DNA of 64,000 bases from Oscillospiraceae bacterium (GCA_015064735.1 SVRP01000006.1:38037-102036), one strand, 5' to 3'. Positions 10,100 through 20,254 are shown, counted from the stretch's first letter. Numbers and translations: made by a program. Notes: generated from the letters alone by a model not told the origin.

Positions 10100-11125
10100 A
10101 TGCTTAAGAAAATTATTGCCTGCTTACTGATACTTTCTCTTGCCGTATGCGCAGTTTCCTGCGGAAAGAAGAATGACGAAAGCTCCGATGCCCCCGAGGG
10201 CATGAAGTCGGCTACCGTTGACGGTGAGCCCTTTGAGCTTTTCGTTCCCATGTCGTGGCTTGGAAACACTCTGTCGGGTATTTCAAGCGCAACCTATCCC
10301 TATACTCAGGGGATTTCGGTCAGCGCAAGATATATCAGCACAGCTGACGATCTCGACACCTATCTGAGAAAATTCCATGACGACCTTGAGGGTCAAAAGG
10401 GATATATGCCCATAGAAAAGAATGCCGATACCCTCCTCGGAAACGAACCTGCAAAGCGAAGCACCTACAGCTACGTTAAAGGTGAGGAATCCCTTCGTAT
10501 TACATATATCTCCGTAAAGCGCGGAGATGATATTATTTCTCTGAGCTTTTTCTGTCCTGCAAGCGAATACGATAACCGCACAGAAGACTTTGAAAAGATA
10601 CGTACCAATTTCAGATTCAAGGAAAAGACCTTTGCCGACGGCGAGGTCATTATAGATGAGGACACTCCCGCAGGAATGAAGCTTGCTTCAAATCCCGAAA
10701 TAGAATATAAGTTTTACGTTCCCACAACCTGGGCATGCTCACCGAACAGCGGAGCAAGCGATGCTTATTTCCCGGAAAGCGAGAAGACCAACGTAGTCGT
10801 TACGTCTTACATTCCCCCAAATACGGGACGGGTATCGGTTGAGGACTATTTCAAAGACTGCGAACGTCAGTACATTGCAAATTTCGAAGAATATACCCTT
10901 ATTTCCGAATCCCCCGAAATCCGCAAAAATCCCATTGAGGATATGAATATGTATTGCTATACCTTTACTGTAAAAGCGGGCGGAGAAACAGTAAGGATTA
11001 TGCAGGCTGTCTTCGCTTTTAATCAGAGCTTCTACACCGTAACCTATACGGCAAGAAACGAAGCGAAATTCAATGAGCACCTTGAAGACTTCTATAAGAT
11101 ACTCGATAACTTCTGTTTTATCTAA
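10100..11125 (+). CDS. lipoprotein with two tandem PsbP/DcrB-like domains
   Basis: Lipobox AVSC; repeated P(E/A)GMK...F(E/Y)xFxVPxxW motif opens two similar halves. Confidence 0.6.
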   Translation: MLKKIIACLLILSLAVCAVSCGKKNDESSDAPEGMKSATVDGEPFELFVPMSWLGNTLSGISSATYPYTQGISVSARYISTADDLDTYLRKFHDDLEGQKGYMPIEKNADTLLGNEPAKRSTYSYVKGEESLRITYISVKRGDDIISLSFFCPASEYDNRTEDFEKIRTNFRFKEKTFADGEVIIDEDTPAGMKLASNPEIEYKFYVPTTWACSPNSGASDAYFPESEKTNVVVTSYIPPNTGRVSVEDYFKDCERQYIANFEEYTLISESPEIRKNPIEDMNMYCYTFTVKAGGETVRIMQAVFAFNQSFYTVTYTARNEAKFNEHLEDFYKILDNFCFI

Positions 11126-11136
11126 TCTTTATTATT

Positions 11137-12309
11137 ATGAACAACCGAAAAATATATCTTGACAACAGCGCAACTACCCCGCTTTCATCTGTCGCAAAGG
11201 AACAGATGTATGCCGCTATGGAAATCTACGGAAATCCTTCGTCGCTTCACAGCGAGGGTCAGGAAGCTGAAAAGCTCATAAGTACAGCACGCGAGCAGGT
11301 ACTTACGGGTCTTGGGCTCCGTCCAAGGCAGAAGGACGGGATCCTCGTGTTTACGTCCTGCGGCACCGAAGCCAGCTCCCTTGCTCTTTTCGGTACGGCT
11401 TATGCAAAATCACGCAGAGATGCTACGAGAATCCTGACTACCGATTCAGAGCATCCGTCCGTGGCACGTGTTCTGGACAAGCTCGAAGCCGACGGCTTTG
11501 AAGTGATCCGCATTTCCACCAAGGGCGGAATACTCAACACTGACCAGCTGGATGCCGCGCTCGATAAAAAAATACTCCTTGCATCCTTTATGCTCGTTAA
11601 CAATGAAACCGGAGCTATATACTCTGTTGGCGACGCGTTCAAAAGAATCAAACAAAAATATCCCGATGCGGTAACTCACTGCGACGCGGTGCAAGGGTTT
11701 ATGAAGATTCCCTTTTCTCCCGCAACTCTCTCTGCCGATCTGATAACCGTAAGCGGACACAAGCTCCATGCCCCCAAGGGTGTGGGTGCGCTCTATATTT
11801 CCGCTTCTATCATTAAAGCTAAACGCACCGTTCCCTTCCTTCTCGGTGGCGGTCAGGAGGACGGCTGGAGATCGGGCACGGAAAACGTTGTTGGCATTTC
11901 TGCATTCGGCGCATCGGTTGCCGATATTCATAGCAGAAGGGCTGAAATAAGCGCGTATATGCAGAAGCTTCGTGCATATACGGAAGAAAAGCTTGCAAGC
12001 CTTGACGTAAGAATAAACAAGCCCCAAGGGGCGTATCTTGCCAATATTATAAACATTACTCTTCCGAGCATAAAAAGCGAAACTATGCTTCACGCACTGT
12101 CGGCTGACGGAATTTTCGTCTCCAGCGGATCGGCATGCTCCTCTCATTCCCACGGCGCAAGTCCGAGCCTTCTGGCTTTCGGTCTTTCCGAAAAGGATGC
12201 CGACTGCTCTTTGCGCATAAGTCTGTCGGAATATAACACTATGGAGCATATGGACGCTCTCGCAGATTCTCTTCAAAGAAATCTTTGTAAGCTCGTAAGG
12301 ACAAAATAA
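11137..12309 (+). CDS. cysteine desulfurase (IscS/NifS class V aminotransferase)
   Basis: YLDNSATT, GNPSSLH, EHPSV, VNNETG, SGHKLHAPKGVG, SSGSACSS. Confidence 0.95.
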   Translation: MNNRKIYLDNSATTPLSSVAKEQMYAAMEIYGNPSSLHSEGQEAEKLISTAREQVLTGLGLRPRQKDGILVFTSCGTEASSLALFGTAYAKSRRDATRILTTDSEHPSVARVLDKLEADGFEVIRISTKGGILNTDQLDAALDKKILLASFMLVNNETGAIYSVGDAFKRIKQKYPDAVTHCDAVQGFMKIPFSPATLSADLITVSGHKLHAPKGVGALYISASIIKAKRTVPFLLGGGQEDGWRSGTENVVGISAFGASVADIHSRRAEISAYMQKLRAYTEEKLASLDVRINKPQGAYLANIINITLPSIKSETMLHALSADGIFVSSGSACSSHSHGASPSLLAFGLSEKDADCSLRISLSEYNTMEHMDALADSLQRNLCKLVRTK

Positions 12310-12326
12310 ACTTCGAAAGGTACAGT

Positions 12327-14333
12327 ATGGCAGCAAAAAAGGAAACCGCAAAACAGTATAACGACCAAAGTATAAAGGCGCTCAAGGGCGCTGACCGTGT
12401 GCGTAAGCGTCCGGGAGTTATTTTCGGATCTGACGGTCTCGAGGGCTGTGAGCACTCATTCTTTGAAATTCTTTCTAACTCTGTGGACGAAGCCCGCGAG
12501 GGACACGGAAACAATATTACGGTTACTGCTTACGCAGACCATTCTATATGCGTTGATGACCACGGACGCGGAGTACCCCTTGGATACAACGAAGCCGAGG
12601 GCAGATGGAACTGGGATCTTATTTACTGCGAGCTTTATGCCGGCGGTAAGTATGACAATAACAACGGCGATTCTGCTTACGAGTTTTCTCTCGGTCTTAA
12701 CGGTCTTGGCGCATGCGCGACTCAGTACAGCGCCGAATACATGGACGTTTATTCCTACGATGGAACTAATGAGTCCAAAATAAGCTTCAAAAAGGGGTCT
12801 CCCGTTACGGAGCTCCTGGTTCGTCCCCTTGAAAAGAACGAACGACGCACCGGTACGGTCATTCGCTGGAGACCGGACCTTGAGGTCTTTACCGATATAA
12901 ATATACCTCATGAGTTCTTTATTGAGACTATGCGCCGTCAGTCGGTCGTCAATCCCGGCATTTGCTTTAGCCTGAGACTTCAGGGCAACGACGGAAAATT
13001 TGAGGAGCAGAAGTTCCTTTACGAAAACGGAATTTCCGACTACATTGCCGAGCTTGCGGGCGATACTGCCCTCACGGCTCCCGTTCTGTGGCATCTTGAG
13101 ACACAGGGACGCGACCGCGCCGATAAGGACGAATACCGCCTCAAGGCTGATTTTTCATTCTGCGTATCCAATACGGTCAACGCAACCGAATATTATCACA
13201 ACTCAAGCTTTCTTGAATATGGCGGCTCACCTGATAAGGCTGTAAAGGTCGCTTTTGTTTACGCTCTGGATAAATATCTGCGCAATGCGGGCAAGTATAA
13301 CAAGAACGAATCCAAAATAACCTTTACCGATATTTCCGACTGTCTGCTTCTCGTTATAAACAGCTTCTCAACCATGACGTCATACGAGAACCAGACCAAG
13401 AAATCTATAACAAACACCTTTATTTACGAAGCCATGACCAATTTCCTCAAGGAAAATCTTGAAATTTACTTTGTGGAAAATCCCACCGCCGCCGAAATAT
13501 TCGCCAATCAGGTGCTTGTGAACAAGAGAAGCCGCGAAAGTGCGGAAAACGAGAGACTTAACATCAAGAAAAAGCTTACCGGCTCTATGGCTGATATTGC
13601 AAGCAAGGTGGAAAAGTTCGTTAACTGCCGCTCAAAGGACCCTTCTGTCCGCGAGCTTTATATAGTTGAGGGTGATTCGGCACTTACCTCGGTTAAGCTT
13701 GCGAGAAATGCTGAATTCCAAGCTGTCATTCCCGTAAGAGGAAAGACGCTCAACTGTATGAAGAGCACATATGACCAGATATTCAAAAGCGATATTATCA
13801 CCGATCTGCTCCGAGTTATAGGCTGCGGTGTCGAAATAACCGGCAGAAAGGTAAAGGGAGACATGGCTACCTTTGACCTCAACGCGCTTCGCTGGTCAAA
13901 GATAATCATATGTACCGATGCGGACGAGGACGGATTCCAGATAAGAACCCTGCTTCTCACATTGTTTTACCGTCTGCTCCCCACTCTTCTTAAGGAAGGA
14001 AAGGTATTCATTGCCGAGACTCCGCTCTTTGAGATAACCGTAAAGGACGATATATATTTCGCTTACGACGAATTTGAAAAAGCGGAAATTCTCAAGAAGA
14101 TCGGCAATCAGAAGTACGTTATTCAGCGTTCCAAGGGTCTTGGCGAGAACGAACCCGAAATGATGTCAAAGACAACCATGCACCCCGCTACGAGACGTCT
14201 TATTTCAGTAACTCCCACCGATGCGGCAAAGACCGAAGAGATCTTCGACACGCTCCTTGGAAACAATCTCCCCGCAAGAAAGGAATTCATCGCTACTTAC
14301 GGAAGCAAGTATATGAAGGACGCGGATATATAA
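12327..14333 (+). CDS. type IIA topoisomerase subunit B (clostridial GyrB/ParE paralogue)
   Basis: VRKRPG, EILSNSVDE, GLNGLG, YIVEGDSA, PVRGKTLN, TDADEDG, QRSKGLGE. Confidence 0.92.
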   Translation: MAAKKETAKQYNDQSIKALKGADRVRKRPGVIFGSDGLEGCEHSFFEILSNSVDEAREGHGNNITVTAYADHSICVDDHGRGVPLGYNEAEGRWNWDLIYCELYAGGKYDNNNGDSAYEFSLGLNGLGACATQYSAEYMDVYSYDGTNESKISFKKGSPVTELLVRPLEKNERRTGTVIRWRPDLEVFTDINIPHEFFIETMRRQSVVNPGICFSLRLQGNDGKFEEQKFLYENGISDYIAELAGDTALTAPVLWHLETQGRDRADKDEYRLKADFSFCVSNTVNATEYYHNSSFLEYGGSPDKAVKVAFVYALDKYLRNAGKYNKNESKITFTDISDCLLLVINSFSTMTSYENQTKKSITNTFIYEAMTNFLKENLEIYFVENPTAAEIFANQVLVNKRSRESAENERLNIKKKLTGSMADIASKVEKFVNCRSKDPSVRELYIVEGDSALTSVKLARNAEFQAVIPVRGKTLNCMKSTYDQIFKSDIITDLLRVIGCGVEITGRKVKGDMATFDLNALRWSKIIICTDADEDGFQIRTLLLTLFYRLLPTLLKEGKVFIAETPLFEITVKDDIYFAYDEFEKAEILKKIGNQKYVIQRSKGLGENEPEMMSKTTMHPATRRLISVTPTDAAKTEEIFDTLLGNNLPARKEFIATYGSKYMKDADI

Positions 14334-14353
14334 TAAAAAATACAAAATTCAAG

Positions 14354-14391
14354 AAAAGGAACCGATTCATTGTTTGAGTCGGTTCTTTTTT
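14354..14391 (+). terminator. intrinsic terminator after the topoisomerase B gene
   Basis: GAACCGATTCA/TGAGTCGGTTC-type stem followed by T6. Confidence 0.7.
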
Positions 14392-14487
14392 ATAATTATA
14401 AGATGTATTTTGATTATTCTTCGTTAATTCCGAAAAAAACTGCGTATAATAATCTTAACAAAAAAATGAAACAAACAAAGGATTACT

Positions 14488-16137
14488 ATGATTACGTTAA
14501 GCGGAAAGGGTGTTTACGGGGGCATCGTTATAGGCAGGCTATGCTTTTACAAGCGGGAAAACAACGAAATCCCCAAATACACTGTAAAAAACGTCGAAAA
14601 CGAGCTTATCCGTTTTGAAAGCACTTTAAAAAAAGCGATTTCCGACCTCAAAAATCTATATAAAACAGCGCTCAAAGAAATTGACAAGGAAAGCGCGGCA
14701 ATTTTTGAAATTCACGGCATGATGCTTGAGGACGAGGACTTTAACAATGAAATCATTGACACCATAAAGCATGAGCGAATAAATGCCGAATACGCAATCT
14801 TTTCAGCATCGGTGAAATTTTCCAATATGTTTGAATCTATGGACGATTCCTACATGCAAGCGCGCGGCGCCGACATTCGTGATATTTCTAACCGTCTTAT
14901 ATCAATTCTTCTGGGAAAATCATCAAAGGATATTTCTCTTGAACAGGGAGATATCATCTGCGCTGACGACCTCACACCCAGCGAAGCTATGAGCCTAGAC
15001 AGAGGAAAGGTCTCGGCATTCGTAACCTCGGCAGGCTCCGCCAGCTCCCACACGGCAATACTCGCCAAGAGCATGGGCATCCCTGCCGTTATCGGTGTGG
15101 GCGACGATCTTATGACTCTTACGGACGGAGCAGAGGCCATTGTTGACGGTTTCTCGGGAAAGGTCTACATTTCTCCAGATGCCGAGACCTCTGCCCGCAT
15201 GAAAGATAAGCGCAATGCCGACCTTCAGAGAAAGGCGCTTCTCGAAGAATATAAGGGGCTTGAAAATATAACCCTTGACGGCAAGAGAATCGAGCTTTTC
15301 GCAAACATTCAGTGCTTACAGGAGCTTCCATCGGTTACCTCAAACGATGCAGGAGGAATAGGGCTTTTTCGAAGTGAATTTCTCTACATGGACAGAAAGG
15401 ACTTCCCCACGGAGGACGAGCAGTACGAGGTGTACAAAAAGGTTCTCTCCCACATGGAAAGCAAAAAGGTCATAATACGCACCCTCGACATCGGTGCGGA
15501 CAAGCAAGCCGACTACTTTATGCTTGATAAGGAAGAAAATCCCGCTCTCGGGTTGCGGGCGATACGGATATGTCTTACCCGTCCCGACATTTTCCGTCCT
15601 CAGCTTCGGGCGCTTCTGAGGGCATCGGTTCACGGAAATCTCGGTATAATGTTCCCAATGATAAGCTCTGTTTCCGAGCTCAAAAAGACACTGACCATAG
15701 TTGACGACGTAAAGCGTGAGCTGACGGCAAAGGGTATTCCCTTCTGCACCGCTACCGAGCTTGGAATTATGATTGAGACCCCCGCGGCGGCAATTATCAG
15801 CGACATTCTCGCCCCGCTTGTGGACTTTTTCAGCATAGGAACAAACGATCTTACTCAATACACCTTAGCTCTTGACAGACAAAACCGACTGCTTGACAGA
15901 TTTTTCGAGCCTCATCATGAGGCTGTGCTCCGTCTTATAGAGCTTACGGTAAACAATGCCCATGCACACGGCAAATGGGTAGGAATCTGCGGAGAGTTAG
16001 GCGCTGACGTTGAGCTCACCGAGCGATTCCTGAGAATGGGCATTGACGAGCTTTCGGTTTCACCATCGTTTATTCTTCCTCTGCGCGATAAAATAAGAAA
16101 GACAAATCTGCAAAAAGAGAAAGGAATCAGAAAATGA
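14488..16137 (+). CDS. ptsI: PTS enzyme I
   Basis: SHTAILAKS phospho-His motif, GIGLFRSEF, RTLDIGADK, ENPALGLRAIR, GTNDLTQY, GICGE. Confidence 0.96.
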   Translation: MITLSGKGVYGGIVIGRLCFYKRENNEIPKYTVKNVENELIRFESTLKKAISDLKNLYKTALKEIDKESAAIFEIHGMMLEDEDFNNEIIDTIKHERINAEYAIFSASVKFSNMFESMDDSYMQARGADIRDISNRLISILLGKSSKDISLEQGDIICADDLTPSEAMSLDRGKVSAFVTSAGSASSHTAILAKSMGIPAVIGVGDDLMTLTDGAEAIVDGFSGKVYISPDAETSARMKDKRNADLQRKALLEEYKGLENITLDGKRIELFANIQCLQELPSVTSNDAGGIGLFRSEFLYMDRKDFPTEDEQYEVYKKVLSHMESKKVIIRTLDIGADKQADYFMLDKEENPALGLRAIRICLTRPDIFRPQLRALLRASVHGNLGIMFPMISSVSELKKTLTIVDDVKRELTAKGIPFCTATELGIMIETPAAAIISDILAPLVDFFSIGTNDLTQYTLALDRQNRLLDRFFEPHHEAVLRLIELTVNNAHAHGKWVGICGELGADVELTERFLRMGIDELSVSPSFILPLRDKIRKTNLQKEKGIRK

Positions 16138-16385
16138 ATAGCTTTGAATACACCGTTAAGGATGAAAACGGTATCCACGCGCGCCCCGCGGGGCTTATTG
16201 CCAGAAAGGCAGCAGAGTTCGCATGCGACGTAACCATAGAATGCAATGGCAAGAGCGCGAGTCTCAAAAAATTGCTCTCTCTTATGGGAATGGGCATAAA
16301 AAAAGGCGATACCGTCAGAGTTTTCGCATCCGACAGTACCGCCGACATTTCATCACTCAAAAGATTTATGGAAGAAAATATATAA
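16134..16385 (+). CDS. ptsH: HPr family phosphocarrier protein
   Basis: GIHARPAG His15 motif; overlaps the ptsI stop. Confidence 0.92.
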   Translation: MNSFEYTVKDENGIHARPAGLIARKAAEFACDVTIECNGKSASLKKLLSLMGMGIKKGDTVRVFASDSTADISSLKRFMEENI

Positions 16386-16426
16386 AAAACACAGGGTTGC
16401 CGCAAAATGCGGCAACCCTGTAATTT
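16384..16426. terminator. bidirectional terminator
   Basis: Perfect 14-bp stem ACAGGGTTGCCGCA/TGCGGCAACCCTGT between convergent genes. Confidence 0.8.
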
Positions 16427-16429
16427 GTA

Positions 16430-16933
16430 TTAAAGATACGAGAACAGCTTTCTCTTGCTATTTGCGTCAAGGGCATCTATATCGGGGATTTCGTATCTGT
16501 TATCGTTAGAATCTCTCACTATAATTCGGGGAGTTCCGTACAGATGCTTTATGTCGCTGTGGCGGTTCTTTATGTTAAAGGTTATCTCACCTCTGTCGGT
16601 ATCCACCGTCCACTTAAGCGTTCCAAACTTATCCTCAACCTCGATAACGCTCGTTATCTTAGGCACCATGTAATATTCCTTAAAGCATTCCTCAAGTGCC
16701 TTCTTAGAATCACTGTCAAGCTCCTCAAGGTCGCGGACAAAACCAATCTCATGTTCGTCCTTGTCAAGAAGCGTAATATACATGGTATGATTAGTGTATG
16801 GGAAGAGCATTCTGGGCTCAAGATCCTCGTAAACCGTTCCGTCCTTCATTGTAAGCCTTATAAGATATATGTCGGTCTTTTCGATTCTTCCCGTATATTT
16901 ATCTACGTATATTCTTCTCATATGACACCTCAT
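16430..16933 (-). CDS. DUF1854 family protein
   Basis: LEPRMLFP, EIGFVRDLEELD, YMVPKITSV, WTVDTDRG, DNRYEIPD..LD..S. Confidence 0.8.
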   Translation of the reverse strand: MRCHMRRIYVDKYTGRIEKTDIYLIRLTMKDGTVYEDLEPRMLFPYTNHTMYITLLDKDEHEIGFVRDLEELDSDSKKALEECFKEYYMVPKITSVIEVEDKFGTLKWTVDTDRGEITFNIKNRHSDIKHLYGTPRIIVRDSNDNRYEIPDIDALDANSKRKLFSYL

Positions 16934-19197
16934 TCAAAGTTCTCGGCGCGCTTGGATTCGTTTATCTTGTCAGCCATAGACTGTATCTCAACCAGCTTAT
17001 AATACTTACCCTTCATTGCCATAAGCTCCTCGGGAGTTCCACACTCGATAATCTCGCCGTTATCCACAACGACTATCTTATTCGCCTTGGAAAGCGTGGA
17101 AAGTCTGTGAGCTATCATAATGGTTGTTCTACCGCTTATAAGCTTTTCAATCGCATCCTGAATCAAGTGCTCGGTCTCAGAGTCAACAGCCGCGGTCGCT
17201 TCGTCAAACACAAGCATTTTGGGATTTCTAAGCACCGCTCTCGCAATCGAAAGTCTCTGTCTTTCTCCTCCCGAAAGTCCCACGCCGCGTTCTCCGAGCA
17301 CAGAATCGTATCCGTCGGGCTGGCGTACTATAAATTCGTGCGCGTTTGCTACGTCCGCGGCATTTATTACCTCGTCAACAGAGAACTCGCCGTTTCCGTA
17401 GGAAATGTTATTGTAAATAGTGTCGTGGAACATCTGAGGCTCTTGCTGAACGTATCCGATATTTTCTCGGTAGTATTCCATGTCTATCTTTCGGATATCC
17501 ACACCGCCGACGGTTATCTTACCTTCATAGTGGTCATAGTATCTGAGCAAGAGATTTATCAACGTGGACTTACCGGAGCCCGTAGTTCCGACTATACCCA
17601 CAATGTCTCCCGGCTCAATGCGGAGATTAATATTCTTAAGGACCTTCTTGGTACGGTCAAAGGAGAAGTTAACGTTCTTAAACTCAATAACTCCGCCCAT
17701 GTCAGCATCGGTATTTCCCTTTCCGAAGTTATGCTCCGGCTCCGCGTCAAGAATATCCATTATTCTTTCGAGAGATGCGGTTGCATTCTGCATAGAGTCG
17801 GAGAGGTTTGCAAAGAAGTCTACGGGACCGTAGAACATCGTAGCGTAGGAAATAAAGGAAACGAGAAGACCTATGGTTATAGCCGATTCTCCGCCGTTTA
17901 TTACCATGTGTCCGCCAAGCGCCCAGATAACTACGCCTCCAAGCTGAATAAGACAGTTGATTATAGCGGGATACGCGTTAAGTATCTTACCTGCCTTGGT
18001 GTCGGTCTCCCTCCAATTATCAACGGTAGACGCAAATCTTGCGGTTGCGTTCTTTTCGTTGGTAAAGGATTTTACGACTCTTATACCCGGAATGGTATCG
18101 GTAAGCACCGAGGTTACAGCCGAGCTCCTTCTCCATATACGGCGGTAGAAGGGGGCTATCTTCTTTCTGAAAATTCTCGACCCGATTACGACGAGAGGAA
18201 CGGGAATAAGAGAATAGAGTGTAAGCTCAGGATTGATTACAAGCATTACGATAACTATACCGATAAGCTTGAAGAACTGTACTACAACTTCCTGCGTAAT
18301 ACGAAGCATAAACGCCTGAATGGTCGCCGTATCGCTGCTTATTCTGTTAATTACAGAGCCTGTAGAGGTCTTATCGTAAAACCTCATGGGCAAATACTGC
18401 GCCTTCTCGTAAACGTCGCATCTGAGCTTTGCGATTATCTTATTACCCGAAACACGGAGCATATATCCTCGCAAGCCGGACAAAACGTAATGGACTATAT
18501 GAACGCATATAAGGAGGACAACTACCGCGGCAAGCGAGCCGTAATCGGAGTTGGGAAGTATGTTATCAACGAGACTCTTTGTAAGCAGAGGGGGCAAAAG
18601 TGTGATAGCCGTTGTAATTATCGAAATAATTACGGAGATTATAAGTATGGGCGCTTCGGGCTTTAGGTATCCGCCCAGCTTCTTTATAAGTCTTCCCTTG
18701 CTCATACAGTGCACACAGGGAACACCGGGAGCGGAGAGAGTTCTGCCACACTTGGGACATACCGAAAGCATCTTTTCATAGACTGCTTCCATTACACCGT
18801 AGGCTTCCTTTACGTCCGTACCGTCTCTTACGTCCTTGACAAAGGTTACCGCCGCATCACAGAGAGCGGTTACGGTAAAGGTAAAGCGGAATACATCGCT
18901 TTTTTCGCCATTTTTGAGAACAATTCTCATTATTCCGTTACCGTACATTCGCTTATTGAAAATATCCTCGATATCTTCAAATGCGTAACGCTCGGACAGC
19001 TCGTCTTTTCCAAAATCGTAGGAAAAGATATGAGCTTTGGTGGCAAGAAGAACACAGGAGCTGTAATTGGCTTCCTTGGAGATCTCACCGCAAACAGCAA
19101 AGAGAATGGGCTCTTCCTCGTTTCCTAAAGAAACGAGCTTTTGAATCTGATTGGCAGACAACTTCCGATTGGTTAAAAAAGGCGCATCCATAATCAA
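16930..19197 (-). CDS. ABC exporter (TMD+NBD) with N-terminal PH-like and Zn-knuckle extension
   Basis: GTTGSGKST, LSGGERQR, FDEATAAVD, IAHRLST; N-terminal ~150 aa ending CPKC..CVHC; overlaps the DUF1854 start. Confidence 0.9.
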   Translation of the reverse strand: MIMDAPFLTNRKLSANQIQKLVSLGNEEEPILFAVCGEISKEANYSSCVLLATKAHIFSYDFGKDELSERYAFEDIEDIFNKRMYGNGIMRIVLKNGEKSDVFRFTFTVTALCDAAVTFVKDVRDGTDVKEAYGVMEAVYEKMLSVCPKCGRTLSAPGVPCVHCMSKGRLIKKLGGYLKPEAPILIISVIISIITTAITLLPPLLTKSLVDNILPNSDYGSLAAVVVLLICVHIVHYVLSGLRGYMLRVSGNKIIAKLRCDVYEKAQYLPMRFYDKTSTGSVINRISSDTATIQAFMLRITQEVVVQFFKLIGIVIVMLVINPELTLYSLIPVPLVVIGSRIFRKKIAPFYRRIWRRSSAVTSVLTDTIPGIRVVKSFTNEKNATARFASTVDNWRETDTKAGKILNAYPAIINCLIQLGGVVIWALGGHMVINGGESAITIGLLVSFISYATMFYGPVDFFANLSDSMQNATASLERIMDILDAEPEHNFGKGNTDADMGGVIEFKNVNFSFDRTKKVLKNINLRIEPGDIVGIVGTTGSGKSTLINLLLRYYDHYEGKITVGGVDIRKIDMEYYRENIGYVQQEPQMFHDTIYNNISYGNGEFSVDEVINAADVANAHEFIVRQPDGYDSVLGERGVGLSGGERQRLSIARAVLRNPKMLVFDEATAAVDSETEHLIQDAIEKLISGRTTIMIAHRLSTLSKANKIVVVDNGEIIECGTPEELMAMKGKYYKLVEIQSMADKINESKRAENFE

Positions 19198-19347
19198 GTC
19201 GCAACCGCTGTTGCTCTCCTTATTTATTTTCTTTCGTGAATTCTATCACCATATAGCATAAATGTCAACCCCTTTTTAGATATTTTTTTAATCTTTTTCA
19301 CATTTATTTTTTTTAAAATTTTTTACAGACTTTTTTTGCAAAAACTA

Positions 19348-19376
19348 TTGATTTTTATTATTTTATGTGGTATAAT
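19348..19376 (+). promoter_or_regulatory. sigma-A promoter of tRNA-Ser
   Basis: TTGATT-N17-TATAAT with extended TG. Confidence 0.8.
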
Positions 19377-19391
19377 ACCAAAGTCGGCTAC

Positions 19392-19483
19392 GGAGAGATG
19401 GCTGAGCTGGTCTAAGGCGCACGACTGGAAATCGTGTGTAGGCTAATACCCTACCGAGAGTTCGAATCTCTCTCTCTCCGCCA
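19392..19483 (+). tRNA. tRNA-Ser(GGA)
   Basis: Acceptor GGAGAGA/TCTCTCC-G-CCA, anticodon arm CACGA-CTGGAAA-TCGTG, long variable arm, GTTCGAATC T-loop. Confidence 0.97.
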
Positions 19484-19517
19484 AAAAATCCTCGTTCTTC
19501 GGAACGAGGATTTTTTT
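19483..19517 (+). terminator. terminator after tRNA-Ser
   Basis: AAAAAATCCTCGTTC-TTCG-GAACGAGGATTTTTTT. Confidence 0.85.
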
Positions 19518-19713
19518 ATCCAAGCCGCAGGCTTGGTATATCATCGCCGCACGAAGTGCGGTGCATATCATCAAGGGCGGCAAGCCGCCCTTGTATCTCA
19601 TCACGCGCCAGCGTGCATTTCCCTGCGGCTTGATGATATACAATGCTCCGCATTGATGATATACCGCAACAAGTTGCGGATGATATACACGCCTTCGGCG
19701 TGATTGGGACGCG
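19515..19713. repeat. modular multi-hairpin interspersed repeat, copy 1
   Basis: Near-identical to 20343-20575 over the first ~120 bp and last ~50 bp; hairpins separated by TATATCATC/GATGATATA-like linkers. Confidence 0.92.
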
Positions 19714-19749
19714 CAACCAAATTCCCACCCTCAAATTCCCGATTTGCAG

Positions 19750-19778
19750 TTGATTTTTGGGCGAAAATATGCTATAAT
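19750..19778 (+). promoter_or_regulatory. sigma-A promoter of the 19802 gene
   Basis: TTGATT-N17-TATAAT with extended TG. Confidence 0.75.
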
Positions 19779-19801
19779 AAACACAGAAAGGCGGTGGGGA
19801 G

Positions 19802-20254
19802 ATGAAATTTAATACATATGATAGGACACCAAGGATAAAAACACAAAAATGGATTAAAATATTTCTGATTTCATTTTTTGTATTCTTTACCGCCATTATG
19901 TTGTTTGTGGGAATCATAATATCAATTGATAATCAGAGTATATTCCCAATTCTCATCACCGTTATATCTCTTACGTTTGTCGCATTCATGGCGAGTATGT
20001 ATATTTATAATGCATATAAGGCGTATTTTGAAATTGATGCAACCACAATTAAATTGATTAGTTACCCTTTTTTCAAAAGGCGTGAAAAAATCTTTTCGTT
20101 GAGTGACATCAAAAAAATAAAGCGGCGATATGGAGGTCGAGTGGGAATCTCGTATCTCATATTTATAAATCAACAAAACAAGGTTTTGTTTCAAACCATG
20201 AATGTCCCTGAAATAAAATCCTATTTTGAAGGTTTAGGCTTTAATCTTGAATGA
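19802..20254 (+). CDS. AT-rich hypothetical two-TM membrane protein, possible bacterial PH-like C-terminus
   Basis: Two hydrophobic helices then a beta-rich basic tail (FSLSDIKKI); visibly more AT-rich than flanking core genes. Confidence 0.7.
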   Translation: MKFNTYDRTPRIKTQKWIKIFLISFFVFFTAIMLFVGIIISIDNQSIFPILITVISLTFVAFMASMYIYNAYKAYFEIDATTIKLISYPFFKRREKIFSLSDIKKIKRRYGGRVGISYLIFINQQNKVLFQTMNVPEIKSYFEGLGFNLE

